This document shows, piece by piece, positions 1-10,067 of a stretch of 64,000 nt of DNA (position 1 is its first letter; the number at the start of each line of letters is the position of its first letter). The DNA is taken from the NCBI GenBank assembly GCA_965198235.1, contig OZ240248.1, positions 1,088,001 to 1,152,000 of the forward strand. The letters run 5' to 3'. The position numbers and the translations under genes are program-made. The notes below the pieces were generated by a model. It was not told where the DNA came from. It did no database searches and saw only the letters and a list, made by a program, of their open reading frames with translations. This DNA comes from Candidatus Poribacteria bacterium. GTDB taxonomy: Bacteria > Poribacteria > WGA-4E > WGA-3G.

Positions 1-633
1 CTCGGCATTGCTTATAGCAGGAAAGGCGATTTTAAATTGGCTATTGCAAACTATACGAAAGCAATCGAATTGTCTTCTGATCTTGCCTATCCCTATTATG
101 AGCGTGGCATTGCTTACAGCAACATAGGCGAGTTTGACAAAGCTATCACAGACTATACACAAGCGATAAAGTTGACCCAACATCCTGCTGCGGTTTATTA
201 CAATCGTGGCAATGCTTACATGCCCAAGGGCGATTTTAATAGGGCCCTTGAAGACTATACGCGGGCTTTAGCATTAGATCCTGACTATGGACCAGCTTAT
301 TACAATCGCGCTCTTGCTTGGTTACACAAGCAAGAATGGGAGAAAGCCAGATCCGACCTGGTTGATGCTAGAACTCGGGGTATCAATTCATTCCGCAATA
401 CTCAACAAAGCGTAAAAAATTTTGAGAGGGAGATCGATATCGAGTTACCTGAAGACATCGCTACAATGTTGACGTTGCAGGATGAGCAGTCCCAAACTCA
501 ATCTACAGGGAAAATTCTATTCCGGTCTCAAAGCAGAATTGAAGATGACCCATTTGAGGACAGCACAGCAATGCTTCAACAAGTGGAGCCGTTTGCTATT
601 CCTTCCGTATCAATAAATCAATTCCAAGGTTAA
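1..633 (+). CDS. TPR-repeat protein, 5' end outside the window
   Basis: Frame is open from base 1; repeated YYNRG/AI.DYT.AI.L TPR motifs. Confidence 0.85.
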   Translation, partial: LGIAYSRKGDFKLAIANYTKAIELSSDLAYPYYERGIAYSNIGEFDKAITDYTQAIKLTQHPAAVYYNRGNAYMPKGDFNRALEDYTRALALDPDYGPAYYNRALAWLHKQEWEKARSDLVDARTRGINSFRNTQQSVKNFEREIDIELPEDIATMLTLQDEQSQTQSTGKILFRSQSRIEDDPFEDSTAMLQQVEPFAIPSVSINQFQG

Positions 634-802
634 AGAAGATTTATAAACTAATGTGAGTTTGATAATAGGCGAGGTTTCCCAACCTCGCCAGCGGCGCGGG
701 GCGTTTTCGGAACTAAAATGGGTTGAAATCGTCCGTTTTCCTCTGGTTTCCAAGATTTTCTAATCAATGTTTCCACATTGGGATTTACTCAAAGGGAACA
801 AG

Positions 803-831
803 TTGACTCCACACACATTTTGTGCTATTCT
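803..831 (+). promoter_or_regulatory. sigma70-type promoter for the sulfatase genes
   Basis: TTGACT-N17-TATTCT with extended -10 TG. Confidence 0.55.
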
Positions 832-887
832 ACAGGCACGGATGACATTCGTAAAACCAACTAAAATCTCTGAAATTTAGGAACACC

Positions 888-2300
888 ATGCCTGCAAAGC
901 AACATCCCAATCTTCTCATCATCATGTCCGACGAGCACGCACCGATGTACAGCGGTCCGTACGGACACTCTCTCGTTCAAACCCCGCACATGGATAGACT
1001 CGCTGAAGAGGGTGTTACTTTCACCAATGCTTACTGCAATTCACCCCTCTGTATGCCGTCCCGGATGTCCTTCATGACGGGTAGGTACATCCATCACATC
1101 GGCGCGTGGGACAACGCGGCACCCCTGCGTCCAGATGCTGTCACGTGGGCACACCTCTTACGGGCAGAAGGCTACGATGTCGTTCTCTCTGGAAAACAGC
1201 ACTTCGGTGGGCTGGATCAGCTCCACGGGTTTCGCGCCCAACTCGCCCGAGATTTACACGCAGAACGACAGCACGGACTTACAGACTGGGATAACGGCAC
1301 ACCACCAGCACCGCGCCCGTGGCAGGGGTTGGCACAAGCCGGTCCGGGAACAACAGAGGAGATTGAAGTAGACGACCTCGCAGAAGCAGAGGCTCTGACG
1401 TATCTCCGAGATCCAGCACGGCACGAACAGCCGTGGGCACTCAATGTTTCGTTTATCGCACCACACTTCCCGCTCGTTGTGCCGCAACGATTTTGGGACC
1501 TTTACCCACTTAAGGAAATTGATCTCCCCGACATTCCGGAGGGACACCTCGAAAACCAACATCCCGTCTACCAACGGATGCGGCGCATGTTCGGTTGTGT
1601 TGATTTTCCCGAAGAACTTGTCCGCCGCGGGAGGGCTGGCTATTATGGGTTGATTACTTATCTTGATGAAAAAATTGGTAGGTTGCTCAAGACACTTGAG
1701 GAGACGGGACAGTTGGAGAATACGGTTGTCGTCTGTACCAGCGATCACGGCGAGATGAATGGCGAGCACGGCATGTGGCGAAAATCGAATTTCTATGAGG
1801 CATCCGTTCGCGTGCCGCTACAGATAATGTTCCCTGACCGATTGTCTGCAGGCAAGCGTATTGATGAGGTCGTCTCGCTTGTGGATCTTACAGCAACGCT
1901 TGTTGATATTGCGGATGCTCCGTCCTTAGGTCAACTGGATGGGGACAGTTTGCTGCCTTTGATGCGCGGTGCCGAAAGTGATTGGAAAGATTTCGCGTTC
2001 TCCGAATACCTCGCACATGGAGTCGAACGACCGATGGCGATGCTGCGGAAAGGGAGATACAAATTCAACTATGGCCTCGGTGATGCACCAGAACTTTATG
2101 ATATTGCCGAAGATCCCAATGAATTTCGGAATCTCGCCAATGAAGTGGCATATCAAGCAATCTGCCAAGAACTTGAAGCACAACTATTAGCGGAGTGGGA
2201 TCCCGTTGGAATCGAAAAACAGGTTCGAACGAGTCAAAAAGCCCGTATTCTGGTGGATCAGGTCACTGAAGGACAGTGGAGAAAACCTCCTGATTCGTAG
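888..2300 (+). CDS. Choline-sulfatase-like formylglycine sulfatase
   Basis: N-terminal IMSDEH, CMPSR (CxPxR), GKQHF and SDHGEM motifs. Confidence 0.85.
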   Translation: MPAKQHPNLLIIMSDEHAPMYSGPYGHSLVQTPHMDRLAEEGVTFTNAYCNSPLCMPSRMSFMTGRYIHHIGAWDNAAPLRPDAVTWAHLLRAEGYDVVLSGKQHFGGLDQLHGFRAQLARDLHAERQHGLTDWDNGTPPAPRPWQGLAQAGPGTTEEIEVDDLAEAEALTYLRDPARHEQPWALNVSFIAPHFPLVVPQRFWDLYPLKEIDLPDIPEGHLENQHPVYQRMRRMFGCVDFPEELVRRGRAGYYGLITYLDEKIGRLLKTLEETGQLENTVVVCTSDHGEMNGEHGMWRKSNFYEASVRVPLQIMFPDRLSAGKRIDEVVSLVDLTATLVDIADAPSLGQLDGDSLLPLMRGAESDWKDFAFSEYLAHGVERPMAMLRKGRYKFNYGLGDAPELYDIAEDPNEFRNLANEVAYQAICQELEAQLLAEWDPVGIEKQVRTSQKARILVDQVTEGQWRKPPDS

Positions 2301-2417
2301 TCGACCATTTCCGAGAGCGGCAAGCGACTTACCGAGTTTTTGGCTTGAAGAATCTGCTGGGGTATGCTATGCTGCAGGCATCACAAATCAAAAGAATTCT
2401 TGCGTCGGAGTGTTTTG

Positions 2418-3839
2418 ATGTCTCGTTCAATATCTAAGCAACCCAATCTCGTCTATGTTTTCGCCGATCAGCTCCGCTACCAGTCATGTGGCTACGCTGG
2501 CGATACCCGCGCGCACACACCCAATATTGACCGACTTGCCACGGAGGGTGTGAATTTCTGCCACGCTGTCTCCGGTAGTCCAATGTGTGCTCCGTATCGT
2601 GCCTCACTCTTCACCGGCAAATACGCAAGTAGCACCGGTATGGTGATTAATGAACTCCGCATGAACCCGAACCATGACTGTTTCGGCCATGTTTTACATC
2701 GCAACGGTTACCAGACAAGCTACATCGGCAAGTGGCATCTGTGGGCAAATCAATTAGGGAGGCACAGCGACCCCAAGAATTCCTACATTCCCCCCGGACA
2801 GCATCGGCTCGGTTTCGATGGCGAGTGGTCGGCTTACAATTTTCATCACTTGTACTTTGACACATATTATCACAAGGACTCGCCTGAAAAGATCGTGCTA
2901 CCCGGTTATGAACCGGACGGTCAAACCGATATGGCAATCGATTACCTACAATGGGCATCAACGAGTGATGATCCGTTCGCGCTTTTCCTCTCAATTGGGA
3001 CACCGCACGACCCATGGACGCAAGACAACGTTCCAGCCGCTGATTATGAGATGTTCCGGGATGTTGATTTCCCGTTACTGCCAAACTATCGCGATGAAAA
3101 TGATCCTTACGGCGATACATGGGCTATTATGTCCCCTGCAGAACGTACTGCGCTGCCTGAATGGATGCGCGTCTATTACGCCATGACTACCAATCTGGAT
3201 AGGAATATCGGAAGGTTGTTGCACGCTGTTGACGATCTGGGATTGCGCGACAATACAATCTTTGTTTTCACTTCCGATCACGGTGAAATGTTTGGTGCGC
3301 AGGGTCGCCGTGCAAAGAATATCTTTTATGAGGAAGCGGTGCGCGTTCCATTTCTGGTTCGGTGGCAAGGACAAATTCCGGAAGGACACGTCTCAGATGC
3401 ATGCCTGAACACGCCGGACATCATGCCAACGCTGTTGTCAATGATGGATCTGCCGATTCCAGAGGATGTTGAAGGGACGGATCTCAGCGACGCTGCGTTT
3501 GACCGACCCACTGATGAACCGGATGCGGCGTTCATGCAGGGAATGGGATGTACCGCCAAGTGGGAGGACGGTTACGAGTGGCGCGCACTCCGTACAAAGC
3601 GATATACCTACGCCATCCATCGTCCAGATCGGAGTGAGAAACTCTTCGATAATATCGCTGATCCGTTCCAAACCCGTAATCTAATTGATGAACCCGAATC
3701 AACCGAACTCCGAGAGCGGTATCGGGCAATGTTAAAGCAGCGCATGGATGCGCTCAACGATACCTTTGAGGCGTGTACGTGGTATCGCGATAATTGGACA
3801 AAGGATCGGATTATCCTGCGTACAGCGACATTGACTTGA
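2418..3839 (+). CDS. Sulfatase (arylsulfatase A family)
   Basis: FADQLR, CAPYR, GKWHL and SDHGEM motifs; start taken at ATG 2418 after GGAG. Confidence 0.85.
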   Translation: MSRSISKQPNLVYVFADQLRYQSCGYAGDTRAHTPNIDRLATEGVNFCHAVSGSPMCAPYRASLFTGKYASSTGMVINELRMNPNHDCFGHVLHRNGYQTSYIGKWHLWANQLGRHSDPKNSYIPPGQHRLGFDGEWSAYNFHHLYFDTYYHKDSPEKIVLPGYEPDGQTDMAIDYLQWASTSDDPFALFLSIGTPHDPWTQDNVPAADYEMFRDVDFPLLPNYRDENDPYGDTWAIMSPAERTALPEWMRVYYAMTTNLDRNIGRLLHAVDDLGLRDNTIFVFTSDHGEMFGAQGRRAKNIFYEEAVRVPFLVRWQGQIPEGHVSDACLNTPDIMPTLLSMMDLPIPEDVEGTDLSDAAFDRPTDEPDAAFMQGMGCTAKWEDGYEWRALRTKRYTYAIHRPDRSEKLFDNIADPFQTRNLIDEPESTELRERYRAMLKQRMDALNDTFEACTWYRDNWTKDRIILRTATLT

Positions 3840-4042
3840 CTGATCTCTATGTTAGAGTGAAGGTATATGGTTGGACAGTTTTTAATATGATATCTCTAAT
3901 GCCCTTAATCTCACGCAAGGCGAACAGGATGGCGTGTATGAAGCGATTGTTAATCTTGTAGAATTGCTCCTGCGGAAAGCGAAAATTTTGAAGGGGAGAT
4001 AGGAGTTGATAGGAGAACGTAGTACATAGCGACTCTGGTTTT

Positions 4043-4791
4043 GCTCCAGCGGAGCAATATGTCTATAGCGCGAGTGGCGTTTCCAGTCTTCTGCTCCAGC
4101 GGAGCGGTATATAATTTTGAAAACTCACCGGCAATGTGGTGTAATTTGAGAAATCAGACGAGTTGGATGAAGCCATTCTTCGACTAAGGTCTCTCCGAGG
4201 ACTGTTCTGTTGCTCAGGCCAATTTGAGTTAGCATGGTAGAATCTTGTAATCTACATTGTGGAGGTTTTATGGCACAAAGAATGATTTTTACTTGGAATC
4301 TGGATTTGGAATCGTTCAATAAAATTTTGGGAGAGCCCAATCTGTTGGACCTACGCAGTGAATTTGAAATGAGAGGGAATTCGCTTTCTCGGAGTTTACT
4401 AATTTGGGAAAGAAATGGGATGGCCAACAATTGGTCGTTATTAGATGTTGGGAACGAGAGGTTTTATCATATTGTCAACCGACATCGCCAGAGGGCTCTG
4501 GACACTTTCCCTGAGCTTGTAGAATCATTAGGGAACAATCCGGAAACGCGGCATGCTATATTATCAGCAGCGACGAATGCGATTTTTGATGCGAATCAAA
4601 GCGGTTATTTGTCAACCAAAACCAGGACCACTGAAAATACAAATCCAATGCAACAAGTATTTAAAGCAGGGATGCCCGATTCATCAACAAAATCTGATTA
4701 ATATCCAGTTAATTTGATTAGGCACATATCGCTCTGCTGGAGCGAGGCCTGAAGCGATTCATGTGCTATAGACATCCCGCTCCGCTGGAGC
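4043..4791. repeat. Two nested inverted pairs of GCTCCAGCGGAGC REP-like hairpins bracketing an ORF
   Basis: 4043-4069 gctccagcggagcaatatgtctatagc matches the reverse complement of about 4765-4791; about 4091-4112 matches the reverse complement of about 4726-4745. Confidence 0.8.
4270..4701 (+). CDS. Hypothetical protein (AT-rich)
   Basis: GGAGG RBS at 4261 before ATG 4270; no recognisable family. Confidence 0.55.
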   Translation: MAQRMIFTWNLDLESFNKILGEPNLLDLRSEFEMRGNSLSRSLLIWERNGMANNWSLLDVGNERFYHIVNRHRQRALDTFPELVESLGNNPETRHAILSAATNAIFDANQSGYLSTKTRTTENTNPMQQVFKAGMPDSSTKSD

Positions 4792-4810
4792 GAAAGTTGA
4801 GAAATCAACA

Positions 4811-5041
4811 ATGATTCAGAACGATCAAGAACTTGAGGCAACATTGGCGCGCATCAGACGCTTTCAAAAACAGATCAAAAGACTCCGGGAAGTCGAAACC
4901 AACCCGCAGAATTATCGACTCTCCGTGGGCGGTTTCCTTGCTGAAATCGATCGAATGAATCTGGATGTCAGAGAATATTTATCTATTCATCTGAGCGAAT
5001 TGATAGAACAGATGAAATGTGCTTTTCAGTCCAAGCAATAA
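4811..5041 (+). CDS. Small hypothetical helical protein
   Basis: 76 aa, MIQNDQELEATLARI start; function unknown. Confidence 0.65.
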   Translation: MIQNDQELEATLARIRRFQKQIKRLREVETNPQNYRLSVGGFLAEIDRMNLDVREYLSIHLSELIEQMKCAFQSKQ

Positions 5042-5089
5042 CAGGTCTGATTTTCGCGGGTAGCAGTCTATTGATAAGGAGGTAAAACC

Positions 5090-6199
5090 ATGGATAAGAA
5101 ATACCGTATTCATAACGTTGAAACGATACCGAGTCCATCGCTGGTTGTCTATCTCGAACAGGTTCAATATAACATTGAGCATGCAATTGCGACCGTCGGT
5201 GGAGATGTCTCGAAGCTCAGACCGCATGCGAAAACGCATAAAACTGCTGAGATTATCACTATGGAACGTGATGCTGGCATCCTTAAGCACAAATGCGCGA
5301 CGTTGCGAGAAGCAGAAATGCTGGCGCAGAACGGCATAGAGGATATTTTGATTGCCTATCAGATGGTGGGACCGAATGTCAACCGTTTTGTTTCGCTACA
5401 GCAGAAGTACCCGGATGCTGATTTTAAGGTCATCGTCGATCACCAAGAAGCGGTAACGGCACTCTCGTCAGCAGTAGCAAAGTATGGCTTGAACGTCAAA
5501 GTCATGCTGGATCTGGATGTCGGGATGCACCGCACAGGTGTACCCGTCGGTGATACCGCTGTGGACATCTACGCGCAGATTGAAGCGGCAGACGGGTTAC
5601 AGCCCTGGGGATTACACGTCTATGATGGACATATCCACGATGAAGATGTCGCCGAGCGGAAGGCATCCTGTGATAAGAGTCTTGTGCAAGTAGAGGAGAT
5701 GCAGGATAGACTCGTTGCCAAAGGGCTTGCGGTGCCGTTGATTGTGATGGGTGGCACACCGACCTTTCCTATTTATGCGGAGACTCCGGGTGTGGAGGCA
5801 TCGCCTGGCACTTTCGTTTTTCATGATTACGGTTACAGCACTCACTTTCCCGATCTCGGTTTTACCCCTGCCGCACTGCTCCTGAGCCGTGTGATTAGTA
5901 TTCCGACGCCTCATAGAATTACCCTTGATTTAGGGCATAAAGCCATCGCCGCGGATCCTGATGGCGTGCGAGGGATCGTTTTGGATGTTGACGGTGCTGA
6001 AGTGGACAAGCAGCACGAGGAGCATTGGGCGATTAACGTTCCTGACAGTTCGCCGATGCACATCGGGCAAGAGATTTATGTCTGTCCGACACATATCTGT
6101 CCGTGTGTGGCACTACATCCTTTTTACTATGTCGTAGATGCCGATGGGTATTGCCGGGGGACATGGGAGGTCACAGCACGCAATCGGACTGCTGCGTGA
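5090..6199 (+). CDS. D-threonine aldolase/DSD1-family PLP enzyme (alanine racemase fold)
   Basis: LRPHAKTHK PLP-lysine motif, HVYDGH, GGTPTF, EEH and PTHICP. Confidence 0.88.
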   Translation: MDKKYRIHNVETIPSPSLVVYLEQVQYNIEHAIATVGGDVSKLRPHAKTHKTAEIITMERDAGILKHKCATLREAEMLAQNGIEDILIAYQMVGPNVNRFVSLQQKYPDADFKVIVDHQEAVTALSSAVAKYGLNVKVMLDLDVGMHRTGVPVGDTAVDIYAQIEAADGLQPWGLHVYDGHIHDEDVAERKASCDKSLVQVEEMQDRLVAKGLAVPLIVMGGTPTFPIYAETPGVEASPGTFVFHDYGYSTHFPDLGFTPAALLLSRVISIPTPHRITLDLGHKAIAADPDGVRGIVLDVDGAEVDKQHEEHWAINVPDSSPMHIGQEIYVCPTHICPCVALHPFYYVVDADGYCRGTWEVTARNRTAA

Positions 6200-6471
6200 G
6201 CTTTTTAATTTACGGCCCCTGGCCCGCTGCGTCCGTTGTCCTTGCGGGTTTTCGGTTAAATTTCAACGTCTTATAGCATAAACTGTTAGTTTGGGCAAGT
6301 CTAACAAAACCCAAGCCTGCAACAACGGCGCAGGGTGTTTTTGCTTGGGGTTTTTGATAGGGCGTTTCTGCGGATTTCTGCGTATTGCTTGGGTGTTTCT
6401 TCAACTCGAATACGAAAACTGCTAAATCCTCAAATACCGATACTTATCCGCAAGGTATAATTAAAAAACGC

Positions 6472-8424
6472 TCAGGGCCACGGAAAGAAGGGGGCTGGCA
6501 CATTCGCGCCCCAACTGATGAGCGTCCATATAACCGCCATGCTGAATTCCCCGAAGACCATGCCTAAGAAGAACGGACGGAGTCGCTGATATTGTCGAAT
6601 ACCGCTGTAACGTAGGAGCGGCGTTTTAATGCCCCATGCGATGAAAACCGGAAACCAGAACACAATCAGGGTCCACGAAGCCGATAGCGCGTACCCAAGG
6701 GGATGAAGGGGCCACCACCAATATAACATCCTCAAGACGACTAAGCCTGTTGTCACTAACGCTCCAATGCCAAAAAAGAGTCCCCCTGTTGTGCGGAGAT
6801 CTGTCCCTAATCCTTCCATCGCCGCAACGTTGTCCTGAAATGCCCAAAGCGGATTGCCGCGATAAGTGTAGCTATACATATAATTGGCACCGTAGGTATA
6901 CGGAAGCCATAAATGAATGATTGCTGCGCATAGAAATGCGAGCGTACTGCCTAATACAAACACGCCTACCAATGAACGGTGAGACATTCCTACCCGATCC
7001 CTAATTTTTAAACCATCTAAAAATCCTGTGAGGATTAATCCGCGCTGATCGCGGGTGAAGATCGCATCGAGGAGTGACAGCACGGTGAGGCTCTGCGCGC
7101 CCAGTGCGGCTTTGGTTGAGATGAGTTGGTAGAGATCCAGTGGTCGGAACGATGTTTCTGTCATTAGCAGCCCACCTTCTGCCGTGCTACGTGCCATCAC
7201 CACGGCAACAATGCCCACATAGACCAGTATCTCAAACGCCGCGAACCCTAAATTCAGTCCTGCTGTATAGCACCACCCTATCGCGAGAATTAAACTGATG
7301 ATGAGTCCCCAAACTGCCGTGCGGTAAGGCAAAAGTTCCGCCGTATCATCCGCTTTAGTTGCAGTAAAAGCGCGACGGAACACCTGCCGAAAGTGCGGGA
7401 ATCCCATATAGATAAATGAAATTACGAGTACCATATAAGCCCCAGCAACTTGGTAACCGATATAAAGTCGAGTTGGGTAGAGCGGCATGGTGCTTACCCG
7501 CCAACCAAATATTGCAGCGACAACATCTTGAAACCGTGTGAGGAGAAAAAAGAACCATAGACTGAAAAGGAGTTGGGTGGGGAGTAGATAAAAGAACCCT
7601 ACCGCCGCGAAGGAGAGAAAAATCGGTGTGTAAACCATAGCATTGAACGGTCGTTCTGTGAAGTATTGATTGAGGATGTACCTCAGCGGTAGATTCGGAA
7701 TTTGGGGCCAAATTTCATGAAGTCCGTTCAACGTAAAAATGAGGGCGGGCAGTGCAAACCCTAACCACATCAGGCGGTTCCGAAGAAAGCCGCGTCCCTC
7801 GTGTACAAACTCAAGCGGTAGGGAGACTAACGGAAATGTGAGTTTTTCGTTTTCAATCCATTGTTTACGTAAAATTGCTGCTAAGCAGAGAAACGCCGTG
7901 AACACCAAAAAGACAAGCACACCCCAGATGCATAGTGGCTCTACCCATGCGCGCCACGGAACACTGTCTCCTGTTTGTATACCCTCATAGAAATTGATGG
8001 CGATAGCTGCTTGTCCTTTCTGTTCAGGCGAAAAGGGGATTAACCACGGCTTGATATGTGGGAAAAAGAGGGTGTCCCAACTGTTGGTTTCGTTGGTAAA
8101 GTAGTTGACGGCGATGAGGGCGGGGATGAGTTTCTCCATGACACCGCGTGATGATATCATCGATGCAACGAGCATCATGCAGTAAATGCACATCAATTCG
8201 CGAGGGGACAACCCAAAACGGTCATTCAATCTTTCAAGCAACCGATTCCCTAATACCAGAAAGAAGAATAACCCAATAACCGCAGGTGGCAGCTGTAAAA
8301 ACCCGATTTGGATGTAGGTAATTACTAATTCGGCGTAAGAGACGATGCAACATATAGCGATAACGAAACAGGTGCCGAGCAGGAAGGAACGTCCTGAGAG
8401 ACGGTTTTCATTTGCAGGAAGCAA
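6472..8424 (-). CDS. Large polytopic membrane protein, DUF6785/DUF6784-like putative transporter
   Basis: Many TM helices; LRKQW..EKL.FPL and WWPLHPLGY motifs. Likely TTG start at 8424, because the annotated start at 8454 lies inside the IS end. Confidence 0.7.
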   Translation of the reverse strand: MLPANENRLSGRSFLLGTCFVIAICCIVSYAELVITYIQIGFLQLPPAVIGLFFFLVLGNRLLERLNDRFGLSPRELMCIYCMMLVASMISSRGVMEKLIPALIAVNYFTNETNSWDTLFFPHIKPWLIPFSPEQKGQAAIAINFYEGIQTGDSVPWRAWVEPLCIWGVLVFLVFTAFLCLAAILRKQWIENEKLTFPLVSLPLEFVHEGRGFLRNRLMWLGFALPALIFTLNGLHEIWPQIPNLPLRYILNQYFTERPFNAMVYTPIFLSFAAVGFFYLLPTQLLFSLWFFFLLTRFQDVVAAIFGWRVSTMPLYPTRLYIGYQVAGAYMVLVISFIYMGFPHFRQVFRRAFTATKADDTAELLPYRTAVWGLIISLILAIGWCYTAGLNLGFAAFEILVYVGIVAVVMARSTAEGGLLMTETSFRPLDLYQLISTKAALGAQSLTVLSLLDAIFTRDQRGLILTGFLDGLKIRDRVGMSHRSLVGVFVLGSTLAFLCAAIIHLWLPYTYGANYMYSYTYRGNPLWAFQDNVAAMEGLGTDLRTTGGLFFGIGALVTTGLVVLRMLYWWWPLHPLGYALSASWTLIVFWFPVFIAWGIKTPLLRYSGIRQYQRLRPFFLGMVFGEFSMAVIWTLISWGANVPAPFFPWP

Positions 8425-8505
8425 TATTGCACTGTCCTCTGTCAAGGCACCCACTGCCTAAAGGCAGGGGCTTGTGCTTCATAGACAGCAGCCTTTCAGA
8501 AGGTC

Positions 8506-9371
8506 TTACGCTATCTCCACAGAGGGACCACAAGCAGCCCTCAATATGTTTATCGCAGCGTTGACATCCCTATCGTGGTGAGAACCACATTCAGGACACG
8601 TCCACTGCCTATCCGAAAGTGAAACATTGTTATTGTGATGTCCGCAATCTGAGCAAGGTTTCGTCGTCGCAGTCCACTGTCCGACTTGAAAGAACTCACG
8701 ATTGTGTTTGAAACACTTGAAATCCAATATCTCAACAAACTGGTAAAAGGCGAGGTCAGAGACTTTCCGTCCCCAGAGCCGTTTCATCGCCTCAAGGTTC
8801 AACGTCTCGGTGGCGATGGTATCAAAAGGAAATTAAGGATTTGGAGATACCGGACTTCACCTTCCCAGTCGCGATGGTGATGATACAGGATATTGCGACG
8901 GACAAAGACGAACTTCTGTTTATCTGCGTCCCATTCCTTAAAGGACAGGCGAACCGTGCCTTTGGGAATCGGAGACACTTTTTCGTCTACGGGCTCCCTC
9001 CAAATCGTGTATCCCGTTTGAAACTTCGCAGAGCGGTATTTGCCACGTTTTTTGAACTTCGGGGGACCGACACGTCTGCCACGTCTACCGTTTTCAATCC
9101 AATCAAAGAACCGTTGGTAAGCGATATGGATACGGATAATCACTTGATCAAGCGTATCTCGCGGGATCCACGCCCAGTGTTGCTTCGTGCGTTGGAGCAA
9201 CTTCGTCAAGTGTGGTTGCAAACGATACCGACCAGCGTATTTGCCATAGATACGGTAGTATCGCTTCTCCAATGCTAAGAAATGGTTATGCACATCGCCA
9301 AGATCATCAAGCAGATTACCCAAGCGTATATTCTGTGGGTGATTGCGTATCTTTTCTTTATGGGTTCTCAT
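8506..9371 (-). pseudogene. tnpB: TnpB with internal deletion and frameshift
   Basis: N-terminal part contains RFF...GPPKFKKR; C-terminal part contains IATETLNL, TTKPCSDC..CPECGSHHDRDVNAA.NI. The RuvC-I region is absent and the frame breaks at about 8800-8845. Confidence 0.8.
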
Positions 9372-9469
9372 GGATTCTCACGTATCACGCCTTTAACCCC
9401 TGTATAGTGGGTAGGCAGACACGTTACCAAGCGGTAACGCTATACATGTCTGCCTAACGTGATATTCTA

Positions 9470-9498
9470 ATTATATTACAATTGGGGCTGACAGTCAA
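9470..9498 (-). promoter_or_regulatory. IS-internal promoter upstream of tnpB, followed by a long 5'UTR hairpin (9412-9456)
   Basis: TTGACT-N17-TATAAT; taggcagaca...tgtctgccta inverted repeat. Confidence 0.6.
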
Positions 9499-9599
9499 AT
9501 ATTTTTGACGTTTTGGCCCTTTCCAAAAGGGAAACCTATTTTCCTCCCACAGCTGAAGCAGTGGGTCTCCAATCCATATATTCTGATGAAATTTGATAG

Positions 9600-9628
9600 A
9601 GTTTATCACGATGTCCTGAATTTGTCAA
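9600..9628 (-). promoter_or_regulatory. Probable original promoter of the DUF6785-like gene, now displaced by the IS
   Basis: TTGACA-N17-TAAACT with extended TG, about 10 nt upstream of the TTCAT insertion site. Confidence 0.6.
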
Positions 9629-9745
9629 ATGCAACTTAACAAGGTTGCTGCATCATAACAGGCTACAACGCTTGTATATCTAAAAAAAAATGCCATAAGT
9701 TTATTTTTTTGTAACCGTTCTGTAAATAGGAACGTTATTCAAAAT

Positions 9746-10066
9746 ATGAGTAATTCTATGAGTAATTCTATTTCTTTATGGACTGAAGCAATGCGGAATG
9801 GATCACTTCAATCCTTTGCTAAAATTAATCCCCTTGTTGGGTTACCTCCGAAGACTTTGCGTTTGTATAGCGTGCTGGGGGTTTTTAAAAAGGAATATTG
9901 TTCTGGTGAAGAACCGGGGTGGTTTCGCGTACCAGAATCCGACCAGCGTCTTAAGAACATCGGGTTTTCTAAGCGGAGTCTTAGGAGCGCGTTACAAGAG
10001 CTGGTCCAAGTAGATTTGTTGCAAATCCGCACCGAACAAGGTACACGGTGGTATTCCCTAAAATAG
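9746..10066 (+). CDS. Hypothetical protein, possibly winged helix-turn-helix
   Basis: GFSKRSLRSALQELVQVDLLQI..GTRWY resembles a wHTH; ends 1 nt before the maf start. Confidence 0.5.
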   Translation: MSNSMSNSISLWTEAMRNGSLQSFAKINPLVGLPPKTLRLYSVLGVFKKEYCSGEEPGWFRVPESDQRLKNIGFSKRSLRSALQELVQVDLLQIRTEQGTRWYSLK

Positions 10067-10067
10067 C

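Larger units (their letters stand above)
8441..9585 (-). mobile_element. Non-autonomous IS200/IS605-family element carrying a degenerate tnpB
   Basis: Right end (minus strand) caagcccctgcctttaggcagtgggtgccTTGAC; left-end hairpin cccactgcttcagctgtggg preceded by TTCAT; no tnpA. Confidence 0.8.

Noticed and set aside
4043-4112. CRISPR array from two GCTCCAGCGGAGC direct repeats
   Set aside because: Only two units, inverted counterparts lie downstream, and there are no cas genes.
8506-9371. Domesticated nuclease-dead TnpB (TldR-like regulator) or Cas12
   Set aside because: Transposon ends are retained, the gene is deleted and frameshifted, and no CRISPR array is present.
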